In this document: one piece after another, positions 23,401 to 28,546 of the stretch
Layout of the letters: every line of letters begins with the position of its first letter
How positions within the stretch are numbered: the stretch's first letter is position 1
DNA from: a virus
IMG/VR virus record: IMGVR_UViG_3300037567_000704
Coordinates: 22,732 to 86,731 of that record
Length of the DNA stretch: 64,000 bases
Reading direction: 5' to 3' (one strand)
Translations under genes and position numbers: made by a program
Notes under the pieces: model-generated
What the model saw: the letters and a program-made list of their open reading frames with translations, nothing else
The model's database searches: none
What the model was told of the DNA's origin: nothing

Positions 23401-25221
23401 ATTATCCAGATTGTCTGGAACTGGGCCTTTGAGCATGAAAGCCTTGTAATCGAAATTAACTCCACCTATCGCCAAGAGTTCCTTGTTCTCCTTGGTGAGA
23501 CCGTTGTTGAAGAGCGCCTCACATCTAGAGGAATTGACGACTTTATTGATTTCGAAAACATCTTGTTCTCTGAAGATGTCTACACGACTGTTCACTGATA
23601 TCTGTTCGCCTGCTCCCGTTCTTCCTACATCGTATATGATATCAATCAAATCAGCAGACCCGTCTATTCTCTGGTCAATTATTTCCTCGTTCGCTCTTGG
23701 TAACATTCTCAGGAACTCGTGCCCATCAACGTGATTGAGTATGTGTCTGCCACTATGTCCTATCTGAAAAGAAGTATCAACCGTAGCAGGCCAGACAACA
23801 GCGAAGGGATTATCACTGTCATCAGTGGTATTAGCCATGTTGCTTGAATAAACGAAACCGTGTTGAGCGAATGGGCTCTCGTCAATGACCATCTGACCCG
23901 TCCTGTCAATTATCTGTGTGGAGAAATGAGGGTCTTGGTATGGCTTTCCTGTAGCATTGTCGATGAGCAAGTCAGCGCCTATTACTACGAAGTGATTGTC
24001 CAATCCTGTTGTTCTGGTGTGTAAGGCGCTACGAAGCCCATTGCTGGAATTGGGAAAATCAAGATGGATGCTGGAAACTAGCATGTTTCCAGTGGTTGTG
24101 TTTATGTTATGGAGTCTGACCCTCTCTGGTGGTTTACCGTTCGGTTTGTGAGTGTCCAAGTCTATGCCCCCAGCATTGATGAGAAGATTGTATGGAGTGT
24201 GGGAAATGCTGTGCATCACCGGAGTGCCAGTTGATTGTTGGTAATCCACCACCTTGTAGTCCCCACCCGAATACTTGTGAGTCCCAGTGCTGTCCTTGGA
24301 AAAGACATAGTTACCTGATACCGTTGATAGTCCGGTCAGTTTCTTGGCCAGAGTAATAGCATCAGTTGTGGTTATTGTGATTTGAGATATGGTAACAGTA
24401 GCGCCATCCATAGTGGTGCTGTTGTTGGCAATGGCAGAGAACTTGTAGGTCCCTGAGATAGGAGCGATTGGCTCCTCGAACCTGTAAAGCAATAACGTAT
24501 TCTCGTTCCTGAGTGGTGCAGACCTGTCAATAGCCTCCTCTGAAAAATCGCTACTGATATGAAGGGCCTCCATCACACCTCTGAACTTGCCTCCTTTACC
24601 TCCTACATACAGATGTGAATCGTAATTCGCTATGGTTACATTCCTGTTCAACAAGGATTTTTGAACCATTAACACCCCATTGATGTAGAGGTCTATCGAG
24701 TTCGACCTTACAGTAGCCACAATGTGAATCAACGGCCTGTGGTCTATGTTCAAAGATGTTGCATCATCAGAAGAACCATCATACCTGTTGTAGGAATCAT
24801 GGATTCCTCTGAACTCTGCTGGAGGGTATACCGTTCCCTCGTAGCCTCTGCTGGTCACTGACTTTGCTGTAGAGAGAGTCTCGACTACAGTGCCGCTGTC
24901 AGAATTGAGATAGACTTCGAATACAGCAGGTCCGGGAGTATCAACATCTCCGATTTTCAATCTGAACTGCCCTTCCTTCTCTACTACAACGCCACCACAG
25001 TCAGGAACCACCCAAGCCTCGATGCACAACTGATTGTTGAGAGCACCAGACAAATTGCCGTGACTGCCTGCTTGGTTGTCTTCTCCTAGTATGTTACCTA
25101 CGCTCTTGGTCCCCTGTGTGGTTGCCTTGCCTAGTCTGCTCATTGCCCCTTGTGGGACGATTATACTGTCAGTCACCCCATCGAACATGAAAGCGTGATT
25201 GGAACGACTCATTACTGGCAT
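8425..25221 (-). CDS. Giant 5598-aa virion tail-tip protein with N-terminal LamG/concanavalin-like domain
   Basis: Uninterrupted 16.8-kb ORF. N-terminal LamG pattern FMFDGVTDSIIV...IEAWV...HIVAT...LYING...LYVGG...FRGVMEALHIS...LLLYRFEE. Repeated beta modules follow. Lies after the tape measure and Dit-like genes. Confidence 0.8.
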   Translation of the reverse strand: MPVMSRSNHAFMFDGVTDSIIVPQGAMSRLGKATTQGTKSVGNILGEDNQAGSHGNLSGALNNQLCIEAWVVPDCGGVVVEKEGQFRLKIGDVDTPGPAVFEVYLNSDSGTVVETLSTAKSVTSRGYEGTVYPPAEFRGIHDSYNRYDGSSDDATSLNIDHRPLIHIVATVRSNSIDLYINGVLMVQKSLLNRNVTIANYDSHLYVGGKGGKFRGVMEALHISSDFSEEAIDRSAPLRNENTLLLYRFEEPIAPISGTYKFSAIANNSTTMDGATVTISQITITTTDAITLAKKLTGLSTVSGNYVFSKDSTGTHKYSGGDYKVVDYQQSTGTPVMHSISHTPYNLLINAGGIDLDTHKPNGKPPERVRLHNINTTTGNMLVSSIHLDFPNSSNGLRSALHTRTTGLDNHFVVIGADLLIDNATGKPYQDPHFSTQIIDRTGQMVIDESPFAQHGFVYSSNMANTTDDSDNPFAVVWPATVDTSFQIGHSGRHILNHVDGHEFLRMLPRANEEIIDQRIDGSADLIDIIYDVGRTGAGEQISVNSRVDIFREQDVFEINKVVNSSRCEALFNNGLTKENKELLAIGGVNFDYKAFMLKGPVPDNLDNINAETRRHHLRPSEESRVAILHVPALSTYDLAPFVKIYYNAIDLTGASMSGTIQPLLMVEKTVPAGTTVVTGTTTIYELIKTAVTSASITATLYAPGGYIEARFEGQQLVGNLIQSHSLVGDTSEGYESDDELDESLTPINYKPLTPTGITVSGNQNAGGGNTITTTGNTTGNVNIAVDDTIYTSSLVFVGIIASIGNDITLDENRAVALINGEELYVGVLANINPNTTPQIITASHSPSTSHDSVFHRIVIDTFHGDKNQTLTDKGEFHRREPSVVLDSPSNGEFDKGVTSSNTHIHEMFDIIDNGSISGNKEGMRLFIQPSDRRRVNQLAKIRSSVSDGEEANFVSLMYLMSRARVRSVKESDKEGENFTSVHCVGLSESTANRNVSVRGKGSPDSHIVKEIEPNAPVVTVTLGGPGQGAMDTKPTFDPSPLARLPFSTRRNCATLGYRITTTTNGGKIYVKPLNNEADDLASWGTYGFPMKGRVYLEDGSNALYDSKDGDEFVFTAASAFGDGKFLLANGTEFQNFFQWLEATETALGAVSNGSDMYISTSFFNDEFFDESSLAEDGTTVNDRMFQTMNDVSHDYQLGTQYASTRAIVEIPFFANQFFDEPEKGILPGPDNSFKIHVDATQTAHTYNPSPVGRRHKGVEPADREARSSFTMNKAEKKFTPITRIDKFELVASFYHLHPDNSELFHSVSLSDASYQNVGSNVRNYRKVFLANGEWAYYEDIPLVGTRYLKIPNDSNWGFSSGFVESAVVGAAVSPGGPSLSEGLIPIGSDSITPSSDFENRGEYYHDSASAKTQGGNVDYGIRQYVSAVEFKAGPESNPHAPKVMSGRATGVVTNVEWSVLDGASSKFIHELIVTMSDEDMALFPDLDYDDMNTYTFSSGEYLYQADASASLSPSSMHYYGRISKNTSNEVVSANTLMFVFYDTGNSKPSWVTNLPGNEITLTKKTRSIFGNVSGAPPSNTTKAANNEIIAKTFKPAGDDAWTISASTLVSTCTITNGNGRLAGSNTISGLNLREGDSIYSEETASKILHIGTVSHIEDYDDGTYTVTLTGSCQNDTSSKPLRIEMPQVDDDEAILNKTWNYPYAPGGLRSGDTIWANMSMNNPHSIEGLFSKSRGVLNEALVWTGFNGGKGALATRPRESIPLENFLIGDTCLETAQNYAQHVNKTVEENYKVLGLTASQAPKVAYVDPYLSEDGHARVLLYDVAHDREFVAFQDLHMQVQTSADAVKIGWPKKMVIGTSNVISDTMEYAATLNGGGPSWLTTQIDVANGFPSENPYIRSVQQSKFIESAYAHDIANSLSTRLLTSLNSGTLPNSMFNYASGSLSPGIYGKAHGHHVHDGYSIYGAYQTFSEGDSVLLRTNDNTVNPLIANPDHSFSRTKRSVSDSFTTSLVKLRTDTSISHTLRDPSTFFDTPDGTRVIPAFLCLKGKRANALDLTSHSESRLQHLKQWTDMDFVRRLTVDCGSVAQKDGVVSVKSAALEIVRQINQAGAPKGQIVVDKDTTGSAHDPTAWWDSDKAFSTRDRGTHMGYVRAHIGREVQDKNGNIGFTVVIHSTVPGASGRNFCVWLDNSKGQSVYQPEFLIGHGGRWRNFWALPEEKEGENMHPAPMPLNKHGRPFAPVTTLTQYVTPEDSGEDVVSNTDFVTFDDNVTDADASVLRGTSHHLGSGKQFNTVNTESFETEGSSSVLVEGLRVGKRAIGRVNFGGLVASGIPGWAPDAGVWGFGKKGSQKFRGRYGSLTDVSYTSHTNSSDLKSDVVGNSSLYGLQFEDHRGGKHGLRFIYRTMGEGFANENTTLPDTISNEVCVFIDDRDVGLGGFTMGKHMYGSGDASGRLDISGGSGSAVSITDQAYCGNRWRGVSAPSIAVNCTISKSANATSLTVSLERPFQNGDTCAHHDILGYLGFPLKNGVIQITDSQDGKGGMTFSYTHRTQNNKSGPHTFFGIKSSQNGDTFVNSYLISPLLNWTTIVTDELLAVISTAAINADDSDINNPKGLAFDCREMYATDGRTFGEWGVAADAIIIRSYDTTKPVKPLSDFFYASFHRDMGIQAAHIELGEVEKTDNTGSGWAFGTSRALSNTDIKNQKRMACGYIPDTVLQIITRGRGPNTNTATPLLVDSFNNPVDTNEWRRNLKGESFTRHSGDHILPMINNPIVVYDNSAGNSDNWDGTTKQFPLAHEMWNFLIPAGEEGNTDRVPSFGEKKTIYMADKQFIVVEGLNPGTASFVTNKTTLVWYEEGRSEDWPTADIDDTLAFSHFGDIKRTMEFDGLRSLGSVFSEPIVHFKGGKGSVDHSVPLFFGGGFSGVTLDINDGTMNDYSTFYTHPYANGPTGTSGIQNANEISTSFALLDCNAMFAFFPGAAFCNQHRGSILPPFFNKDSILSPDLSKTGTTINTGHPNSGNTSPYNHSTTSLRVRVQKPSPLILRFAHPTARYEDHKNSSGTSNVENKTTYIVFGPGQAFPFTQEIADSANMSGANTEQPHPGAVVTIGNTWSKVPVSGTVKLPNHIQNYDGFYMPESSTYQLARGRFHWRSTINWEPPQGKPNVAILKQGPESGRMYGTHFNADTATSGINDELDRAHPMRHCSVIGHGVAMAADMVFHMDGGYHPGGHWMDNQITFNPPHPKSNTILQKWGAATQLHSSAYRVAGPITTKVLGYAAAEGDLVGADVDMEYIIVDATRCQNGEELATVMGMAINTYPGAGALKAMGGTHMPSMGNSMRQDRYGWVEVECTNITNSNTTPSNNHITVEMSGYTANNTVNRDRLEQIPACGWLRTAAGGFAPYYAREVNNDSTLKVRFYIAPNRISGQMKFEDRTTWYDTDGTISDFPAISASDVLHVWSKAGVHRYNNEVAATRDHMCQTHFSGIVDAIDRTRPIGAAGWAGERYSYLNSLKVGTEGYAGGLGAWHPMLGFSPYGSASSAMTAFGNLPVVAPMPRSPESLPPIDNLGVNLMGFLNVPYANTTGFTLAHDTGYTRARKTSDNDGPDTLHSKPPIYVDTTLPDFMTHPQGVLGRAFLVVSYECESALIAKYDRDGITALGDWLQVKGAAANSVSNPIHYAGTTRWDERFHGQDRFIAPANAGPNVEALVHKTPTVPSITFSATHGADAAPFNAEYFLHGAAATNTTVENAIPGLHKTGDMLFDIDHSIGSFFLEDSGVTRNVADDFYEDVDYTTEYDNGSTLRVNDFWAGDVNAYALYDRAPAKNFTVEQIVWKRMDGGNLSLPAINARGLGAVPWMTRVKNGVAYTTGEKIFGNVRFSFETTNSAMLPILQAQEIAHPQLASKNPLLIGNVLNIPNEEMQFEEITVKDDSGQEHIIEGGSPLGTIIRGFSKVTDREAKGMSPSLANSGIAPNLKIQLPDPNSIPGNIIVRSGFDRLQGYQNETMGSGGMMHADLNEDYLGNLFDNSVSGPRKGPTYEDHNWEHIDPLTKDSTTAGWKETTDNAPLRTSYEQHDRTLYFHVTKMGHSHTHRYPTVFSHENGVETRILTASIFSGTTLTVNAAVLMPTTNTDIFAADFGSKEMAHTTTGRRFIRIYNSSTEESVVASYTGISGQTFTGVVGDVDFTDFMAAQTITNLKVVPSYYIPAGSNRFFAARRLRDHAEVSGNSPDMAKTQYSTGTYGTINTETLAYNIYNKAVITPMPLPRMGHHFVTPTMPMLPGHWAHPVYQGLYRSHLAENASLRGSVDRNLLKENTTATTEKSDIASGVSNYFHLQDAEIAFGSLNAAPSGPSDIHGGAFTLMFESKLKNDGYGVLASTGVAGKINQQGGHTVVLEASGNYTLDDFFPDPARVGAYQIVIQPNTFSNQLIGYHVDGGSYTLTGQQVNTVIGRKPATSGISGTGAVALLLAQTTQADVRGCEIFINEVMLDINPDHGEQFTNIPPLLLYNPFGVEGTESPAFTRRTLPYHPKLFSNSTPGYTLNIPWWSIVHKIAPDDGSSNNFKHLTHHRLDNYYMMKRSTFGSIGVQLTIAGYPSKYPAIYSHVLQNTSINPKCIVKTIHAESSGTREITVDDASAFPETPQYGQLLEFTDADGNIQTLPYTRRYGLQIGTINEPKKFTSTTVSGSFWTKLTALLAASVETTLRLTHPYNNLSAGKVMTDTNNSIFTMILPQVEKGTRDTTALHIPDAYLCLWHYNLGRPHTFYSDSSRTWGNLTSDRAVDKKPYNCMPEHFETIHYQDSVYAMSLGPFDFRMKSPNPEDKDGVASTGAEIHAFSGYEAQGGTNFDSQKIMFSKFWPCGSRGGPLTSRLDLYTQASISWNIPRKYASNDFYFWNDEDGLDENYAQGSSGITFTAMGSGYSGDNRKYPYGWRIAVRQACNKPTWGILTGRGKLEDDASSDNNFTVDYASGPLVQHEAMTWAYAGGDTGSQSNVSYTTTYVGVMERQTNFAGMLGCDKPEWQVKYSEGRRMTRPFGTPIRTLLSNSNMNKDWWGEVAGKGIYSLAEAAQYYLVDWWGNERGEDVRRAPVRGFGIRPAWDCGDVYEYDRANNRTPHARIWNYGKPIYEVLTGISAPVIDSSGNLDNEPPLLCGRSNAVNNTDTNTMVDVFAPTHSMRIGDMGNGRGVRYPIQFNEDILTELSEPIHTTGLVLSSNTAEPPAVTGLLRPRNDVLQADEIPRGISARLEISEHGLLKPDAVVSDRVEEIIGTSPHKDAVSRNSPRIGIDGHNVESVEKDHIAINTEAHSLHTDRNVGQRTILHGCLLGGSQTLAHLDLTSLAFGVQPRSALRFSHTSNMSPLGGNYILETRNYGNPFDDTGWGYDGLSGAVKTTNPYQNVDFNRTTIKNNQSDKSIKWLLRPVRLLDKNHVEMFRTLPATISGTPQYNNTVNKGTNTPTDYFRASAGGKYGIYTYEVTTPRVASNNFPSSAAPNTNAPYVPVFYMASGSSTITPTSQGPKILGTEVVGVDKFDKTTITSPVTRLVMSENTLQHYRSDAPRRRQIAENESEIKRMDFSVKPRFSQALHPKGHKGDVTFNVSDHSGDAA

Positions 25222-25230
25222 TGCTTCACC

Positions 25231-26490
25231 TCAGATTGACCTATCTACTGGGATGAAGTTCATCACGAAACCATAGACGTTCTCACCGGCTTCGTATGTG
25301 ATATCCAGTTTCTGAACTACCCCCTTAATCCCTGCTCTGTTACCGTCTTTGGTCAGGTCTGCGCTCGCTACGAGAGTGTTCCCTGCACTAGACTTATCCG
25401 TAGGACTTTTACCCCAACCAGTAGGCATGATGAAGTTACGAGCGACATAGGTCTTGCCGTCTGACTGTATGGTGGAATTGTATGGAATCTGTATACCTAT
25501 GATGTAATCGCTACCCATTCCTGTGCCTTCTAACATCATACCAACTCCAGTAGCCGCTATTCCTCCAGTCATTCCTATGCCTACTACTCCTACACCAGTG
25601 CTCGCAAGTGCAACAGTGGCTACTCCACCAGTAAGAGCCATGAGGCCACCAGTAACAATCTTACCAGCGCCAGTCCTCTTCATATTGTTCATAAGACCAT
25701 ACAAATCCATGGCCTTGTCGCCAGCGGATTTCTTTACCACGGTTCTCCCTCCCACGAAATCAGAAGTGTATGGGGCGCTGAAACCAGCGCCCAAATACTT
25801 CCAATCCGGGGTCACGTTGTTACCTGCTTTCCCAGCAACGTCTTGTGATATCTTCACAGCGCCCGCAACTTGCTTTATCGTTGAATCAATAGCAGTAGCG
25901 GTGAATACAGCGGCCAACGTCGGTTCATTATTAATCAGACTGATGAAGCCATCGCGCAAGACTGTCGCAGTTATACTACTACTATCTGGATTGATACCCA
26001 TCACATACGACCCATTCGTCGTATTGGTGACTGTCCCGCTTGTCAGTTTTTTGAAGGATATCGTAAACTTAGTCCCATTTGAGGCTGCGAGACGAAGGAT
26101 AGTGAGACTGTATGTATCACCACTACTATCGTAAGTATTCTGAGTATTGAATAGATTTGCGAGATTATTTCTCGTTATATTTGTAGGACCATCTATGAAT
26201 GAAATAGTCGCATTAGCCCAGCCGACAGGATAAACAGACGTGAAATCAACTATGCTAGAAGCAAGACTGTCTGTTCCCACTATCTCCTTATCATCAGTGA
26301 AGACTCCATGGACGATTACAATGGCCTTCTGCATGTTCATATCCAAACCGAACCTCTGTCCACCAGAGAACGGGACTGCCATGCCGCCAGCCTTCCTGCT
26401 GGTAGTGAGAGTTATGCTTGTGGCATCCAATTCGATTAGACCGCCATTTTCTTGAACCAGACGAATCGGAACACCATTAGCCGCCACCAT
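25231..26490 (-). CDS. Distal tail (Dit-like)/baseplate protein with a Gly-rich hydrophobic segment
   Basis: Directly after the tape measure gene. C-terminus KGVVQKLDITYEAGENVYGFVMNF is a tube/Dit-like hairpin. Internal GGLMALTGGVATVALASTGVGVVGIGMTGGIAATGVG segment. Confidence 0.5.
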   Translation of the reverse strand: MVAANGVPIRLVQENGGLIELDATSITLTTSRKAGGMAVPFSGGQRFGLDMNMQKAIVIVHGVFTDDKEIVGTDSLASSIVDFTSVYPVGWANATISFIDGPTNITRNNLANLFNTQNTYDSSGDTYSLTILRLAASNGTKFTISFKKLTSGTVTNTTNGSYVMGINPDSSSITATVLRDGFISLINNEPTLAAVFTATAIDSTIKQVAGAVKISQDVAGKAGNNVTPDWKYLGAGFSAPYTSDFVGGRTVVKKSAGDKAMDLYGLMNNMKRTGAGKIVTGGLMALTGGVATVALASTGVGVVGIGMTGGIAATGVGMMLEGTGMGSDYIIGIQIPYNSTIQSDGKTYVARNFIMPTGWGKSPTDKSSAGNTLVASADLTKDGNRAGIKGVVQKLDITYEAGENVYGFVMNFIPVDRSI

Positions 26491-27299
26491 TATGCATACC
26501 TACCCTGTGTCGTTGTTCCTCCCATTCCTCTAGCCATTTCCTCTTGAATGAGTTGTCCCATCTCTCTTGCTACTGACCTCTTATCAGTTCGGTCAGTCAT
26601 TCCGCTAATCTCTATGTTCATAGTCATGTTCTGAGTGATTCCGCCTTGAATAGCAGTGCCCACAGTGGTAGTGGATTGAGTGTTCGTTCCTCCACCTCCA
26701 CCGTATATTTTATCAATCGCTTTTCCTATCACATTACTGATTGCATTCTTAATTTTCTTTATGATGGCCCAGACATATTCGAAAGGCACTTTTATCTTGT
26801 CGATAACACCCGTCATAACATCTTTCAGAGTGTCCTTAAGACTCAGCAGTTTGTCTTTAATCCCACCCATTTTGGCTTTCAGATTTTTGAGAGCCTTACC
26901 AATAGCCTCCTTGATAGCAAACGGTATTCCGAGTATGAAGTCCTTTACCCCACTAAGTTTCTCGATTATTCCATCTTTGAGATTTCCTAACTTCTCAGGA
27001 ATGGAGCCTATGGCTCCAGATATCTTCTCGACCAACCCCATGAAAAGGTCTTTGAATATTCCCAAAATCGTCTTTGCTCTTTCAATCCAAGGCTCAAGAA
27101 TGGGTGCTATATGTTCTTCCCATAGAGACTTTATTTTATCGAATGTCTCTTTAGCGGCACCACTGAACTTGCTCCAGATTTTACCTAAGAACTCACCAAC
27201 TTTACTTATTCCGCTTTGAATGCCCTCCATAGCACCACTGATGATTTGAGTAGAAGAGTTCACTGCAGAGAGACTGGTTAACAGCCCTGACAATGCCAT
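26490..27299 (-). CDS. Tail tape measure protein (unusually short, 269 aa)
   Basis: Amphipathic helical K/I/L/G-rich repeats with periodic aromatics. TMP-type C-terminus (ITQNMTMNIEISG...VAREMGQLIQEEM). Canonical position after the chaperone pair. Confidence 0.65.
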   Translation of the reverse strand: MALSGLLTSLSAVNSSTQIISGAMEGIQSGISKVGEFLGKIWSKFSGAAKETFDKIKSLWEEHIAPILEPWIERAKTILGIFKDLFMGLVEKISGAIGSIPEKLGNLKDGIIEKLSGVKDFILGIPFAIKEAIGKALKNLKAKMGGIKDKLLSLKDTLKDVMTGVIDKIKVPFEYVWAIIKKIKNAISNVIGKAIDKIYGGGGGTNTQSTTTVGTAIQGGITQNMTMNIEISGMTDRTDKRSVAREMGQLIQEEMARGMGGTTTQGRYA

Positions 27300-27580
27300 C
27301 AGAAGTCCTCCTGTTCTAAGAACGAGTAATCGAAAGTGATAATCTCATTACTATCAGTGCTCTCAGCGAATTTCTGACGAGCGACTTCCTTCTCTTGCTC
27401 TTCCTCTACAGCCAATGCCCAAACGAGCGATTGCGTGAAAATCTCCTCACTCATCTGATACACTTCCGTCAATGAAACACCGTAGTGTTTCGCTACCATA
27501 TAGGCAAACAGTTCTAGTTGCAGCGAGATGTCTTCAGGGGATTCTATTGTTTTCCTCTGAAGAAACTGCTGCACCTTCAA
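27299..27580 (-). CDS. Tail assembly chaperone, C-terminal (gpT-like) part reached by -1 frameshift
   Basis: Weak TTG start, in the -1 frame of the upstream ORF, and open from the G7 run. AYMVAKHYGVSLTEVYQMS resembles gpT-type helices. Confidence 0.65.
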   Translation of the reverse strand: MKVQQFLQRKTIESPEDISLQLELFAYMVAKHYGVSLTEVYQMSEEIFTQSLVWALAVEEEQEKEVARQKFAESTDSNEIITFDYSFLEQEDF

Positions 27581-27945
27581 CTGTTCGCTTTGGTAAACCC
27601 CCCCGACATGGCCTCTGCTAATTCATCAGGTTTAGGGAGGAGATTGGCCAACTGCTCCCCCACGTAAGCATTGAGTTGGGTTATTTCTTCTGCAGTCAAT
27701 TCCGGCTCGGTCCCCACTACCCAGTTTGTGAAGGCATACTTCCAGTATGCTTCGAGGTCAAGCGTTACACCCTCTCCTCCTACTACAAACATTGTCTGCG
27801 CGGCTTTCTGGACATCGAGATACGAAATCTCTCTTATCCACACCAATAGCATGCTGTCCGGGTTATCCGGGTCGGCACGTATCTCATACTGGTGGTCATT
27901 CTTCTTCGTCAATATTTTGTTCTTTTCCACTACTGTCATTTTCAT
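27577..27945 (-). CDS. Tail assembly chaperone (gpG-like)
   Basis: 122-aa acidic protein between tail tube and tape measure genes, ending in a slippery sequence. Confidence 0.65.
   Translation of the reverse strand: MKMTVVEKNKILTKKNDHQYEIRADPDNPDSMLLVWIREISYLDVQKAAQTMFVVGGEGVTLDLEAYWKYAFTNWVVGTEPELTAEEITQLNAYVGEQLANLLPKPDELAEAMSGGFTKANS
27595..27604 (-). other. Programmed -1 ribosomal frameshift site G GGG GGG TTT
   Basis: Minus strand reads ATG TCG GGG GGG TTT ACC AAA GCG AAC AGT TGA. A -1 slip gives GGG GTT TAC CAA AGC GAA CAG TTG AAG, which is open into the next ORF. Confidence 0.7.
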
Positions 27946-28537
27946 TCACTTCCTCGGTTGCAGCCGTATCTACGGGGGCATCCAATGATTCCTCGGCAGC
28001 CTCTTCCAAGGGGGCCTCGGTCTCATTTTCTGTCGGTTGTGCTTCTGTGATTCCATCATCGTCTCGTCGTAATCTGAGAACGACCTCTGCTTTGGTTCCA
28101 CGTATCGTAAGACCTCGTTGTCTGCATACATCTTGCAGTTCACGTATGGTATACGAATTGTAATCATTAAGGATGAATGGAGAGTCCACCAATTCTTCAG
28201 GTTCAGGCTCAGGTTCAGGCTCAGGTTCAGGCTCAGGTTCAGGCTCAGGTTCAGGTTCAGGCTCAGGCTCAGGTTCTGTTAGAACAATACCCTCATCATC
28301 AGAAGAATCAGTCCAATGAACTCCAGTCACGTCTATTGCCGCTTGAACCCATGTTGGCTCTTCTTCTTCCTCATAATGTAACAGAGTCTCAGCGAAAGCA
28401 TCAATCTCATGTCTTGAGCCCAGTTGGAGCATTTCCTCATCCATCTCTATACCAATCCTATCAACTAACCACATGACATAATCTGCTCTGCTGTTCCTGT
28501 TGTAGAATCGCGCTCTCATTCTTCCTCCCGGCAACAT
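27896..28537 (-). CDS. SAP-domain protein with (PE)n linker and acidic tail
   Basis: YNSYTIRELQDVCRQRGLTIRGTKAEVVLRLRRDD matches the SAP motif. It is preceded by about 13 EP dipeptides. Confidence 0.75.
   Translation of the reverse strand: MLPGGRMRARFYNRNSRADYVMWLVDRIGIEMDEEMLQLGSRHEIDAFAETLLHYEEEEEPTWVQAAIDVTGVHWTDSSDDEGIVLTEPEPEPEPEPEPEPEPEPEPEPEPEPEELVDSPFILNDYNSYTIRELQDVCRQRGLTIRGTKAEVVLRLRRDDDGITEAQPTENETEAPLEEAAEESLDAPVDTAATEEVNENDSSGKEQNIDEEE
28196..28277. repeat. Hexanucleotide tandem repeat TCAGG(T/C) encoding poly-(Glu-Pro)
   Basis: Directly visible tcaggt/tcaggc array of about 13 units. Confidence 0.95.
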
Positions 28538-28546
28538 AGTCTAACC

